From IMG/VR virus record IMGVR_UViG_3300047160_007655, positions 6,780-70,779 of that record: DNA of 64,000 bases. One strand, written 5' to 3'. The DNA comes from a virus. Below, piece by piece: positions 19,794-29,002 of the stretch. The notes beneath the pieces were generated by a model. It was not told the origin of the DNA. It saw nothing but the letters and a program-made list of their open reading frames with translations, and made no database searches. Made by a program: the position numbers and the translations under genes. The number at the start of each line of letters is the position of its first letter. The stretch's first letter is position 1.

Positions 19794-20536
19794 TATTTTA
19801 TTCCTTTCACCAACGTTTGAACATCCTCATCCTGCGCCGTCTGGTGGTTGGCCGTGAATGCCCCGAGAACTTTGTCCTTCAAGTCCGCGTCCTTGATTTC
19901 ATTGGTAATCCACGTCTTAAACGCCTGTCCACCGGCGACAACCTGCTTGAGCGCTTTACCCGCCACATCCTCGGCAACATGGAGCCCACCAATAGCGACA
20001 GTCGCAGGGACAGCCGTTGGAGGATACGCTTGAAGCCCCTCGATGACGAGCTTGGCCAGATGCCATCCAACCACAACAAAGAGCACCACACCGCCGACCC
20101 AAACAAAATAAGGAATTTGCAAAAGCCCGGTTCCCTCAATTTTCTTGCCCGCATTTTTATCGTTGTCTTCCGCGAACGCCGCGACTTTCTGGTCGTGCTT
20201 GCCCACTGCGCTATTTAAACGAGCAGCGGCCTTTCCTGAATCCGTCGAGGGCGAAACCGGTGGCCCGAGCGATGTTGACACAGCGTCCGCGAGCTTCTCG
20301 GCCTCGCGGGCTGGAGACAGGACGTAGGGACTCGCGTTCTCCTTTAACGCCTCGTCTACCGTTTCCTGAGTCTTCTGCTTCGCCAAAGCAGCCGCTTCGC
20401 GCTGCAACTCCTCCTGCTTCGCAGTTGGCTGCGGAAATTTGTGGACCTTATCTTGGAAAAACTCAACCTTCTTCGGAATGAGTGAGCACCCGCATAAGCT
20501 AAGGACTATCGGTGTGAGAAGGAGGAGCTTTTTCAT
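19793..20536 (-). CDS. Lipoprotein with coiled coil and internal TM helix (spanin-like)
   Basis: MKKLLLLTPIVLSLCGC lipobox-type signal; helical region; TM segment IPYFVWVGGVVLFVVVGW. Confidence 0.6.
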   Translation of the reverse strand: MKKLLLLTPIVLSLCGCSLIPKKVEFFQDKVHKFPQPTAKQEELQREAAALAKQKTQETVDEALKENASPYVLSPAREAEKLADAVSTSLGPPVSPSTDSGKAAARLNSAVGKHDQKVAAFAEDNDKNAGKKIEGTGLLQIPYFVWVGGVVLFVVVGWHLAKLVIEGLQAYPPTAVPATVAIGGLHVAEDVAGKALKQVVAGGQAFKTWITNEIKDADLKDKVLGAFTANHQTAQDEDVQTLVKGIK

Positions 20537-20720
20537 TTTTCTTGGGGAGGTATTTTCGAACGATGTGCCAGACAACCGAGGCCGCCGCAATCAGCTGTAA
20601 AATAACCAGAATGAAAGCCAAAATCGGCTGCGCCTCGGTTATGAGTCTGTGGACGGTGTTGACAGCGATGTTGCCCGTCGCCACTGCCACAAGTTTGATG
20701 TCGCCAGAGTGAACACTCAT
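20499..20720 (-). CDS. Putative holin
   Basis: 73 aa with TM segment ILAFILVILQLIAAASVVW and basic C-tail; overlaps the lipoprotein gene. Confidence 0.5.
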   Translation of the reverse strand: MSVHSGDIKLVAVATGNIAVNTVHRLITEAQPILAFILVILQLIAAASVVWHIVRKYLPKKNEKAPPSHTDSP

Positions 20721-21359
20721 TTAGTCTTGGAGAATGCCGAGAAAGCCATTCAACGGACTGGTTGTTGCCCACGTAGGAGTGCCGGTCGTAACGAGTACGC
20801 CGTACAGGCTGGTGCCTGCCGCGCCTCGAAGAGCGATGCCCAGCCCGCTTTTGATTGCGACAGCCGTGGTGTTGATTACGGTGTAATCGGACGCTCCGAT
20901 GTTGACTTGAGCAATGAGGTTGAGCAAGGCATTACCGTAGGTAAATGCTGACTTGTCGCTAGCTGCGAATCCAGAAGCGCCGGTTGGATTCACGTTGAAA
21001 AGCATGAACGTCATCGCAGCAGCTTGGTTTGATGTGTCCGACAGGGTCAGAGACTCCAAAATGCCGGTGCCGTTGGCAATCCGCAGGGCGTTTGCAAACG
21101 TAATCAGTCCGCCTACGCAATTCCCCGCCGAATACATAGCGGCCTGCACGGTCGGCGCGTACCTAATTAACGCGGTATACCCGCCCACGTTGCCGCTGAT
21201 GCCGCTCGTGGTTTGCGTAGTCGAGTTTGTGGTGGCGTTGTTTACAATCGAGGTGACGTTCGCCGAAGGAGGGGTCACGAGCCCGAATTGCAACGTTGCC
21301 AAAATCTTCCCCAGTAGGGTGTTTGTGTTGTCACCGGGACGGCCTAAATTATCGCTCAT
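20721..21359 (-). CDS. Putative capsid decoration/structural protein
   Basis: 212 aa, Thr/Ala/Gly-rich, immediately after the capsid gene. Confidence 0.55.
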   Translation of the reverse strand: MSDNLGRPGDNTNTLLGKILATLQFGLVTPPSANVTSIVNNATTNSTTQTTSGISGNVGGYTALIRYAPTVQAAMYSAGNCVGGLITFANALRIANGTGILESLTLSDTSNQAAAMTFMLFNVNPTGASGFAASDKSAFTYGNALLNLIAQVNIGASDYTVINTTAVAIKSGLGIALRGAAGTSLYGVLVTTGTPTWATTSPLNGFLGILQD

Positions 21360-21383
21360 AAAAAACTTTCTGTCTGCTTAGTA

Positions 21384-21415
21384 AGAGGGGCTCCGGCTAA
21401 GCCCGGAGCCCCTCT
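21384..21415 (-). terminator. 13-bp hairpin downstream of the major capsid gene
   Basis: AGAGGGGCTCCGG-6 nt-CCGGAGCCCCTCT; U-tract weak, so possibly leaky. Confidence 0.6.
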
Positions 21416-21455
21416 GTGTTCCCTACCCCGTGACCCTCATGGAGTCACTTATTGT

Positions 21456-22775
21456 TTACAGCGTCGGAACGCCGGGGCCGATGACTGGCGATTCATTGTC
21501 GCCGCAGACGCCCACTTGGACGTAGCTGAAGGCGCCGCTGAAGCTGGAGCTGTTAGTAGTCTGGCAGCTCACGAGCCCTAAGTCTGCGGTGCAGCGTCCG
21601 TACAGAATCGGTACGATGTGCTGCGGGCGCAGGGGCCGATAGGCCCGGGTGATTTGATACTTGTGCCAACCGAAGTCACCCCATTGATTACATTGGTTGT
21701 CAATCTGGTAGTGCCATTCGAGCTCGCCCATGTGAAGCTGAGGCGCGAACTTGAACGAACCTTCGCCCACGTATTTCTCGGGGACGAGGCGTTCAAAAGA
21801 GCCGTCACCGAAGAGCATGCCGACTTCGTAAGGAGCCGTCAACCAAGCCGGATTGGGCTTGGCGAAGGCAACGCCGCGAGCCGGGTTCGAGACCACGACT
21901 ACGGGATTTACGAGAGCCAGCGTACCATCCGGATTAAAGCCGGTAGCGCGCAGCGGGCGTTGGTCGACACCGAAAGCGATGCCACGATAAGCAGGAGACT
22001 GCTCGAAGCTGTAAGCGGTGAGAGTGGTCTCGCCCAGCTTGTAACCGCCGGTCGTCAAACCAATCATCACGTTCTGGACGCCGACTTCGGAGCGGAAATA
22101 TTCCACTTGGTCGGAGCCGCCGATGAAACGGAAGTGCGGCATCCCTTGGTCTTGCGAGTACCATTCGGCGAAAAGCACTTCGCGCATATACCGGGCGATG
22201 TAGTGCAGCGCCTTGAAGGTCATGGGACCCGTAGGCAACAGCGGCGCGAACTTCACGCCGAGGTCGGTTTCGAGCCCGCCGGTGAACAGCGAGTTGAAAT
22301 CGTAATTAGCGTTCGCGGTGAATTTCGAGGCGGACCGGAGGTACGTCTGAGCGCGAATGTCGGCGTTGATGTACTGGACGACAAGCTTCTTCAGCGAGTC
22401 CTCGGCCATTACATAGCTGCCTTTGAAAGCAGCGTAGCCTTTCTTAACGCAGATGTTGGGACCACGGCCACGGAAAGATTCGAGCCGCAGAGTAAACTCA
22501 ACCGTATCGGTCAAGTCCTGCACGCCGTTCTGACCGCAGATGTCAGTGTCGCAGACGAAAGTCGGAATGGCCAGCGAATCGCCGGGGGCCGCTTGCATCT
22601 GAACGACTGAACGAATTGCGTCGGATGTTCCGGACGGAAATACGCCGCCGGAGATTACGTTCATGTAAGGAGCGTTGGCTGCGAGAGCCTTAGCAATAGT
22701 TCCCACGATTCTGTTAGTGTCCTTAGACGCTATGTCAGAAATCGCAGAAGGGTCATCACAAAAAAACGAACTCAT
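21456..22775 (-). CDS. Major capsid protein
   Basis: 439 aa, own late motif, long leader and 3' hairpin; downstream of portal and scaffold. Confidence 0.75.
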   Translation of the reverse strand: MSSFFCDDPSAISDIASKDTNRIVGTIAKALAANAPYMNVISGGVFPSGTSDAIRSVVQMQAAPGDSLAIPTFVCDTDICGQNGVQDLTDTVEFTLRLESFRGRGPNICVKKGYAAFKGSYVMAEDSLKKLVVQYINADIRAQTYLRSASKFTANANYDFNSLFTGGLETDLGVKFAPLLPTGPMTFKALHYIARYMREVLFAEWYSQDQGMPHFRFIGGSDQVEYFRSEVGVQNVMIGLTTGGYKLGETTLTAYSFEQSPAYRGIAFGVDQRPLRATGFNPDGTLALVNPVVVVSNPARGVAFAKPNPAWLTAPYEVGMLFGDGSFERLVPEKYVGEGSFKFAPQLHMGELEWHYQIDNQCNQWGDFGWHKYQITRAYRPLRPQHIVPILYGRCTADLGLVSCQTTNSSSFSGAFSYVQVGVCGDNESPVIGPGVPTL

Positions 22776-22992
22776 AAGTAAAAACTGTCTTTCGAACGGT
22801 TGTCTAACTCTCGTTCAAGAGTGTTGCAAACGGTGCTGAGCAACGCAGTCTCTACTTTTGGCCAGCAAGCAGAAGTTAAGTAAGGCCGTCTAGGAGACGC
22901 CACTCCCTAGCCGTAAGGCGTCAGAAGATAGTTACCGGACTATGAAATGTTTGCCACCACTTTTATTCCTACGACTTTTTAATAAATGCACG

Positions 22993-23766
22993 TCATAAAC
23001 GAAACTTTCGCTTACAAGCGAGCCGTGCATAACCCATTCGTTTTAATACGTCGAGGGTTTTAATCGAATGAAGAAATATAGCTTTATGATGCCAGACTTG
23101 ATTTGCCATCAACGAACAGCCCGGTTCATAAATCGACTGTCCTCCCGCCCCTGCTGTTACTGTGGGACAACTTACTCCATCGAAATTAAGAAAGTTACCA
23201 TACGGAGCTCCAGACTTGACGCACCATGCCATCATTGCCCAGTCAATAAAAGGAGTGTTTACGTCGGCCTTTACTTCCTCGGCGACCGTCAGCAATCGCT
23301 CGATAACTTCCCGGCTGCAAAAGTACGGCGGCTGAAAAGCGAGGTGCGGCCACGGGTAATCCGGCGCCCGCTTGTGGTCGTGCATCGCGTCACTGACCAC
23401 GTTTGACCAGAGCACGTCCGGTCGCTCGTACAGATAGTCCGGAAGCTGCGGCGACAGGCACACCGAGTCCGAATCATTCATCAGAAAAAACTTGTGCGGA
23501 TACTCCAGCAGGATTTTGAAGTGCTCGATTTGCCGGTCGAGCGAAAGCTGCCCGATGTAGGCACGCTTGCCGCCGGTGCGATATTCTACGCCGCTCCATC
23601 TGCCGCAATTCTTTTCGTTGATGGGCGAGTCGTCCGGTGAGAGCACGACAACCGGGCATTTGTGGTGCTTGTAGTACACCATCGCGTTGCGTATCTGATG
23701 TGAGTCCCCGGAGTAGCCGTGAACCGAAACCAGAGTATCGGGATTGCTAGCGGGGCCGGTCTTCAT
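22993..23766 (-). CDS. Putative glycosyltransferase (GT-A-like)
   Basis: FFLMNDSDSVCL DxD motif; within the sugar cassette; start moved to MKTGP after the gmd stop. Confidence 0.55.
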   Translation of the reverse strand: MKTGPASNPDTLVSVHGYSGDSHQIRNAMVYYKHHKCPVVVLSPDDSPINEKNCGRWSGVEYRTGGKRAYIGQLSLDRQIEHFKILLEYPHKFFLMNDSDSVCLSPQLPDYLYERPDVLWSNVVSDAMHDHKRAPDYPWPHLAFQPPYFCSREVIERLLTVAEEVKADVNTPFIDWAMMAWCVKSGAPYGNFLNFDGVSCPTVTAGAGGQSIYEPGCSLMANQVWHHKAIFLHSIKTLDVLKRMGYARLACKRKFRL

Positions 23767-23768
23767 AT

Positions 23769-24731
23769 CTAACGCGGGCGTTCCAACGCTTGAATATCGG
23801 CCATTACCATCTCGTACACCAATTCGGTAAACGACACCTTTGGCTGCCATCCTAATACCTTTCTTGCTTTGGTTGAGTCGCCACAAAGTGCGTCCACTTC
23901 CGCCGGACGAAAATACTTGGAGTCCGAAATGGTATAGTCCATCCAATTAAGGTCCACCACTTCGAAAGCGAGCTTGGCGAATTCGGCTACTGTATGCATT
24001 TCTCCGGTCGCTATGACATAGTCTCCGGGCGCCGGTTGCTGCAACATTAGCCACATTGCCTCGGCGTAGTCTCGGGCGTGGCCCCAATCGCGCTTGGCTT
24101 CGACATTGCCGAGGGCGAGAACGTCTTGGAGCCCGGCCTTGATGCGTGCAACTGCGCGGGTAATTTTACGTGTGACGAAGGTCTCGCCGCGCCGGGGCGA
24201 CTCGTGATTAAACAGGATGCCGTTGCTGGCGTGGAGACCGTAGGACTCACGATAGTTGACCGTGGCCCAATACGCAAAAACTTTCGCGCAACCGTAAGGA
24301 CTCCTCGGATGAAACGGAGTATTTTCATTTTGTGGAGGGGGTGAACTGCCAAACATCTCGCTACTGGACGCCTGATAGTATCGCGGCTGAATGCGCGCCT
24401 CGCGAACGGCCTCAAGCATTCGGATTGCGCCCGTGCCGGTAACGTCTGCCGTATACTCGGGCGCGTCGAAACTCACGCGGACGTGCGACATTGCCCCCAA
24501 ATTAAAAACCTCGTCCGGTTGAATGCGCTGCAACAGCGTTGTGAGACTTCCGCCATCCGCCAAGTCTCCGTGATGCATGTGGAGCTGGTCCCAGATGTGG
24601 TCAATGCGGCCCGTACTAAAAGAGCTGACCCGGCGCATCAAGCCGTGCACCTCATAGCCCTTGCTTAGAAGCAGTTCCGCCAGATATGACCCTGTCTGCC
24701 CTGTTACTCCGCTAATAAATGCTCGTGGCAT
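23769..24731 (-). CDS. gmd: GDP-mannose 4,6-dehydratase
   Basis: [64 protein letters not shown]. Confidence 0.95.
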   Translation of the reverse strand: MPRAFISGVTGQTGSYLAELLLSKGYEVHGLMRRVSSFSTGRIDHIWDQLHMHHGDLADGGSLTTLLQRIQPDEVFNLGAMSHVRVSFDAPEYTADVTGTGAIRMLEAVREARIQPRYYQASSSEMFGSSPPPQNENTPFHPRSPYGCAKVFAYWATVNYRESYGLHASNGILFNHESPRRGETFVTRKITRAVARIKAGLQDVLALGNVEAKRDWGHARDYAEAMWLMLQQPAPGDYVIATGEMHTVAEFAKLAFEVVDLNWMDYTISDSKYFRPAEVDALCGDSTKARKVLGWQPKVSFTELVYEMVMADIQALERPR

Positions 24732-25642
24732 AAAAAATCCTCGTACGCTTTTGCGAGTCCCGGCATCAGGCCCGTCTGCGCCTGCCAACCGAGCTCGTAC
24801 ATTTTTGTTGAATCAATGGTCCGGTCCGGGGTGCCGTCCGGCCGGGAATGGTCCCACACTATCTTGCCCTTGAAGCCAACCACGTCGGCAATCGCCTCCG
24901 CGAGGGTGCTGAGCTGAAAAAGTCCTTGCCGATTTCCGATGTTAATGGCGGTTCCTTCCGAATATTTCTGCATTAACACCAAAAGGGCGTCCGCTAGGTC
25001 TTCCGAGTACAAAAACTCACGCAGTGGACGGCCGGTGCCCCAGAGCACTACCTCGTCCTTGCCTTTCGCCTCGTGCATCCGGCGAAGCATGCCCGGAATG
25101 ACGTGCGAATTGTTCAGATTGTAATTGTCGCCGGGGCCATACAGGTTAGTCGGCATGCAGGAGATAAAATCCGCGCCGAATTGCTTCCGGTATGTTTGGC
25201 AAAGCTTGATGCCGGAGATTTTCGCGAGCGCGTACCCTTCATTAGAGGGTTCGAGCGCGCCGGTCAACAACGACTCTTCCCGAATCGGGACCTGAGCGTG
25301 CTTAGGATACGCGCACGCGCTCCCAAGAAACAAAAGTTTTGTTACACCATAGTCATGCGCGGCCGAAATCACATTGTTCTGTATTTTGAGGTTATTCAGC
25401 AGCGCGTGTGCAGGAAAATCGGTGTGAAACTGAATCCCTCCGACCGCAGCGGCGCACATAATCACGTATTGGGGCCGCATCGTGTCAAAGTAATACCTCG
25501 TGTCTGTTTCGTTGCACAAATCCAGCTCTCGGTGCGTTGGAACGAGAAGATTCCAATATCCACAATCTTTTAATCGCTGCACCACGGCCCGGCCGACCAG
25601 TCCTCGGGCGCCGGTAATGAATATCTTGTCATCACCGTTCAT
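24704..25642 (-). CDS. fcl: GDP-L-fucose synthase
   Basis: [72 protein letters not shown]. Confidence 0.95.
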   Translation of the reverse strand: MNGDDKIFITGARGLVGRAVVQRLKDCGYWNLLVPTHRELDLCNETDTRYYFDTMRPQYVIMCAAAVGGIQFHTDFPAHALLNNLKIQNNVISAAHDYGVTKLLFLGSACAYPKHAQVPIREESLLTGALEPSNEGYALAKISGIKLCQTYRKQFGADFISCMPTNLYGPGDNYNLNNSHVIPGMLRRMHEAKGKDEVVLWGTGRPLREFLYSEDLADALLVLMQKYSEGTAINIGNRQGLFQLSTLAEAIADVVGFKGKIVWDHSRPDGTPDRTIDSTKMYELGWQAQTGLMPGLAKAYEDFLCHEHLLAE

Positions 25643-26400
25643 TTGTCCTTTACCTCTACTCGAAACCGGGGCGCGTTCGCCTGCCCGAGTAGGTTTTTTC
25701 GCCCCCAGTAAATCAAATCGTTGCTTTTGTCGCCGTGAGACCAGATGATATCCTTCGCAACCAAGTCTTTCCATTCGTCCTCGGAAAAACTGAGCGTTGC
25801 ATAGAGGCTTTTCATGCCCGGGATGTCGGCAACGCCGCGAAGCTTGAACGCTTCCCAGCCGACCCAGTCCCAGCCGCCTTGTTTTGTCTTCCAGCCACCT
25901 CGGCAGAACCACCTGAGCTGCTTCGGGTCAGCGTTTATCAAACAGTTTCCGTTTATGTGCTCAACCGGCGGAGGGATGTATGCCCCAGCCTGAAAAATTG
26001 GCGACTTTTCGTTGGCCTTGTCCCATGCGGCGTGCATTTTCTGGAGCCAATTACGTTGCACAGGCGCCCCGTCGCCCTCACAGAGGAAAACGGCCTTGTA
26101 CTGGGGCACTTTTTTGGCTTCAATCATGCACATAGTCCACTCAATCACCATATCGGCAAGAAAATTGCAGCCGTTGGGCCATCCCGTATCGCCGAAGGGA
26201 CTTTTGTAGACGAATAGATTGAACTTTCGAGAAACGTGCGAGACGATTTCGGTCGGCGCCGGGCAATCGAAGCGATGAACGAACAAAAAATCGGCAAGCT
26301 CGGAGTGCTTGGGCTCCAAATCGGCGAGAAACTTAGCGAGGCGAATCGCCTGCTGCAAGTCTCCGGACCAACATTGAAGTGCTATGAGTATTTTGTCCAT
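25639..26400 (-). CDS. Putative glycosyltransferase-like protein
   Basis: GWPNGCN, VFLCEGDGAP, HINGN, GWDW motifs; in the sugar cassette. Confidence 0.5.
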   Translation of the reverse strand: MDKILIALQCWSGDLQQAIRLAKFLADLEPKHSELADFLFVHRFDCPAPTEIVSHVSRKFNLFVYKSPFGDTGWPNGCNFLADMVIEWTMCMIEAKKVPQYKAVFLCEGDGAPVQRNWLQKMHAAWDKANEKSPIFQAGAYIPPPVEHINGNCLINADPKQLRWFCRGGWKTKQGGWDWVGWEAFKLRGVADIPGMKSLYATLSFSEDEWKDLVAKDIIWSHGDKSNDLIYWGRKNLLGQANAPRFRVEVKDK

Positions 26401-26401
26401 G

Positions 26402-27280
26402 TCAATAGCAAAATGTGCCGAGGTGGCCGCAGCGCAGTCCCAAATCTACGTGCGGAGTGTGCCCGGCCGCCGCAGCGCGCAAACAAAAGGATACATCCTC
26501 GCCCACCCCTAGCACGTTTTCCTGTTTCGTCAAAGCTAGAGCGGTGTTTAAACGCTGTAAAACATCGTACGCGGAGCTAGCCGTCAGGGGTTTGCTCTGA
26601 ACATCGGTTAGGGTTTTCTCCACCGAGTCGACTAGGGACGCTTCGGTGCTCGTGAACCAGTTGCCGGTGCCGTCTCCGTTCTTCCGCGAGAGCCGGGGGA
26701 AGCGCTTTTCGATATCTTCAAACACCGTGCGATGGATAAGAATGCAGCCCGTCCCCACCCAACGCGTAGGTTTACAAATATCGTGAGGACCTTTACGAGC
26801 AAAAGCCGCCTCTTGGCTATCCGCAGCTCCTTCGCCATAGACCGCCGGACCATTGAGAGATTGGCGACCGAAATAGAGGGCGCCAACGAGGTTTTTCTTG
26901 TGCGAGAGTAATCGGTCGAGGGCATGCAGCTCCATGAATTGCTTCGGAAAGTTGAATCCGGTATATGCGCGGTAAATATCCGCATTGCCGGTCGGCACAA
27001 CCATGTCGTCATCCACCATCATCAGCCAATCGCAGGTCGACTCCAAAAAGATTTTCGCGATGTGATTGCGGGAATGAACTACAAACGCATCGCCGAAGTG
27101 AAGAAAAGACGTGGCCCGGCGAGAATCAATGAGACGCTGGACGCAGAACGAGGTGATGGGATTGACTGTCTTTTGCCACGGCAGGCCAATCATAACCTTG
27201 GCGCCGAGCATGGTGACAGACTGCGGCGGATAAGACACCGCAGACTGCGTGTATCCTGTGTTGGGTAGGGAACCGGGCAT
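26402..27280 (-). CDS. Glycosyltransferase, GT-A (family 2-like)
   Basis: SRNHIA..WLMMVDDDM; VGTGCILIHRTVF; GEDVSFCLRA; VDLGLRCGHLG. Confidence 0.8.
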   Translation of the reverse strand: MPGSLPNTGYTQSAVSYPPQSVTMLGAKVMIGLPWQKTVNPITSFCVQRLIDSRRATSFLHFGDAFVVHSRNHIAKIFLESTCDWLMMVDDDMVVPTGNADIYRAYTGFNFPKQFMELHALDRLLSHKKNLVGALYFGRQSLNGPAVYGEGAADSQEAAFARKGPHDICKPTRWVGTGCILIHRTVFEDIEKRFPRLSRKNGDGTGNWFTSTEASLVDSVEKTLTDVQSKPLTASSAYDVLQRLNTALALTKQENVLGVGEDVSFCLRAAAAGHTPHVDLGLRCGHLGTFCY

Positions 27281-28641
27281 TAGGCAGCTAGACCTTTAGC
27301 ACGTCGTTCCTCCGTCACCTGCCGGGCAAGTGAGTCGAGAGCGTCCGTCGCCGGAGTCGTAAATTGATTTGCTTTCGGCGTGACTTGTGCGGCGCCGCCG
27401 GTAGGCGCCTGAGACTCGGGCGTGCGCGAGCGAGCTGCCTTCTTCACGCTATCCTTATACTCGCGCAGCGAGGTGGCCTCTTTTTCCAGCGCATCATACT
27501 TCGCTTTTAGAGCATCATGCACGCGCTGAAGGTTGAAAAGCTGAGCCATGCCGGTAAGCATGATGGCGCGCATCTTCGGCGAGTTATCATTGATTGCCTC
27601 TTCGAGCTGGGCCTTCGTCTGCTCCACAAATTTATTGTGAGTCTCGGCAGCCTCTTTCTCTTCTTTGGTCGCGTTGCTGGCCGCCGTCTGCGGCTTCGTC
27701 CATTCCAGCGCGCCGAAAAGAGACCCAAGCTCGGTGCGAGTTGAATCGGTGTGGACCGTGGCCTCCTTCGAGAGCTGCGATTGCCGCTCGTTCAAGTACT
27801 GACCGAGGTTGGCCTTGGTGTCTTTGATGGCATGGTCTTTCTTGTACTTCGCCATCTCGATATCGGCCAACTTCGATTCAATCAGCCGCTGCATTGTTGA
27901 ATCGTTGACCGATTTGAAAATCTCGGTCCAAATTACCATGTCGGGGCCGCCGAGCTCCTGAATTTTCTTGATGGTAGCCTCGTTGATAACCGGAGATTTT
28001 CGAAGTTGGGCGTAGATGAATTCCCGAGCCTCGTCGATGCCCTTATCGAATTCCTTAAACTTCGGGTCGAAGTCCACATCGAGCTTGGCGCGCCACTCGC
28101 GCAGGTCTTTCAGCTCTTTGGATTGCGCCTGCTGCTCCGGCGTCTGAATGGAGCTTTTCTTCTGAAATTCGGCGAGCTCATTTTTTGCCTTTTCAAGGTC
28201 CGCCTGAAGCGCACTGATTTCCTGAGTAGCCTTGAGTTTGATTGAGGCAAAAGCCTCCGCCGACTTCGGACTGGCGTTGGGAGGCAGGCCGGGCTGGTCT
28301 TTGAAAATGTCGTCCGCTTTCTTCAGCCCCTCGGCGCGCTCGGCCTCCGCTTTCTTGGTGGCCTCCGCATCGGTTGCCGCTTTCTTGGCCGCCTCAGCTT
28401 CGGCGGCTTTCTTCGCGGCGTCATCAGCCGGAGGGACCGGCGGCTGTTGGTCGTCCGCCTTGGGAGGTGTGCCAGACCTCTCCTCCGCTTTCTTCATCAG
28501 CGCGTCGAGTGTGTCCTCGGTTTGCTTGTGCTGAAGCGGGTCGATTTTGGCAGTAGATTGTCCGGCCATATCCTGAGCTGCCACCTTGGCGGCAACTTCG
28601 GCGTTGTGCGTGGCGGAGTCGATTGCGGGTGCGTCGGGCAT
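27280..28641 (-). CDS. Putative capsid scaffolding protein
   Basis: Charged coiled-coil 453 aa between portal and capsid genes. Confidence 0.6.
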   Translation of the reverse strand: MPDAPAIDSATHNAEVAAKVAAQDMAGQSTAKIDPLQHKQTEDTLDALMKKAEERSGTPPKADDQQPPVPPADDAAKKAAEAEAAKKAATDAEATKKAEAERAEGLKKADDIFKDQPGLPPNASPKSAEAFASIKLKATQEISALQADLEKAKNELAEFQKKSSIQTPEQQAQSKELKDLREWRAKLDVDFDPKFKEFDKGIDEAREFIYAQLRKSPVINEATIKKIQELGGPDMVIWTEIFKSVNDSTMQRLIESKLADIEMAKYKKDHAIKDTKANLGQYLNERQSQLSKEATVHTDSTRTELGSLFGALEWTKPQTAASNATKEEKEAAETHNKFVEQTKAQLEEAINDNSPKMRAIMLTGMAQLFNLQRVHDALKAKYDALEKEATSLREYKDSVKKAARSRTPESQAPTGGAAQVTPKANQFTTPATDALDSLARQVTEERRAKGLAA

Positions 28642-28644
28642 ATG

Positions 28645-29001
28645 TTATAAGAGATGGGGTACGTCGGTTTGTAGGACTCGAAACTCGGGAGGTGCGGGGT
28701 CGTTCAACTTCTTTCCATCGTCCCACGCCGCATCATTCGTGAGCTCTGGATAATTTTCTATCACTTTCGGCGCGCCTTGTTGCTCATGGGCCATCCCGAG
28801 CAGCTCGGTTGCCGAGGATTGAAAACCTCGCAGCTCGCCGGAGCGAATCAAAATAGCATTCACATCGCCGGTCGCCAAGAGCGTCGGCGCCGCTTCCAAA
28901 AGCCGGGGGATAATGCGCTTGCCGGTCGGGGTGTCGAGAAACTTAGACCACGTACTCGCGTCTTCGTTTGTCCACTGTAGGGGGGAGGCAACAACTTCCA
29001 T
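28645..29001 (-). CDS. Hypothetical protein following the portal
   Basis: 118 aa; WSKFLDTPTGKR resembles small post-portal phage proteins. Confidence 0.65.
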   Translation of the reverse strand: MEVVASPLQWTNEDASTWSKFLDTPTGKRIIPRLLEAAPTLLATGDVNAILIRSGELRGFQSSATELLGMAHEQQGAPKVIENYPELTNDAAWDDGKKLNDPAPPEFRVLQTDVPHLL

Positions 29002-29002
29002 A

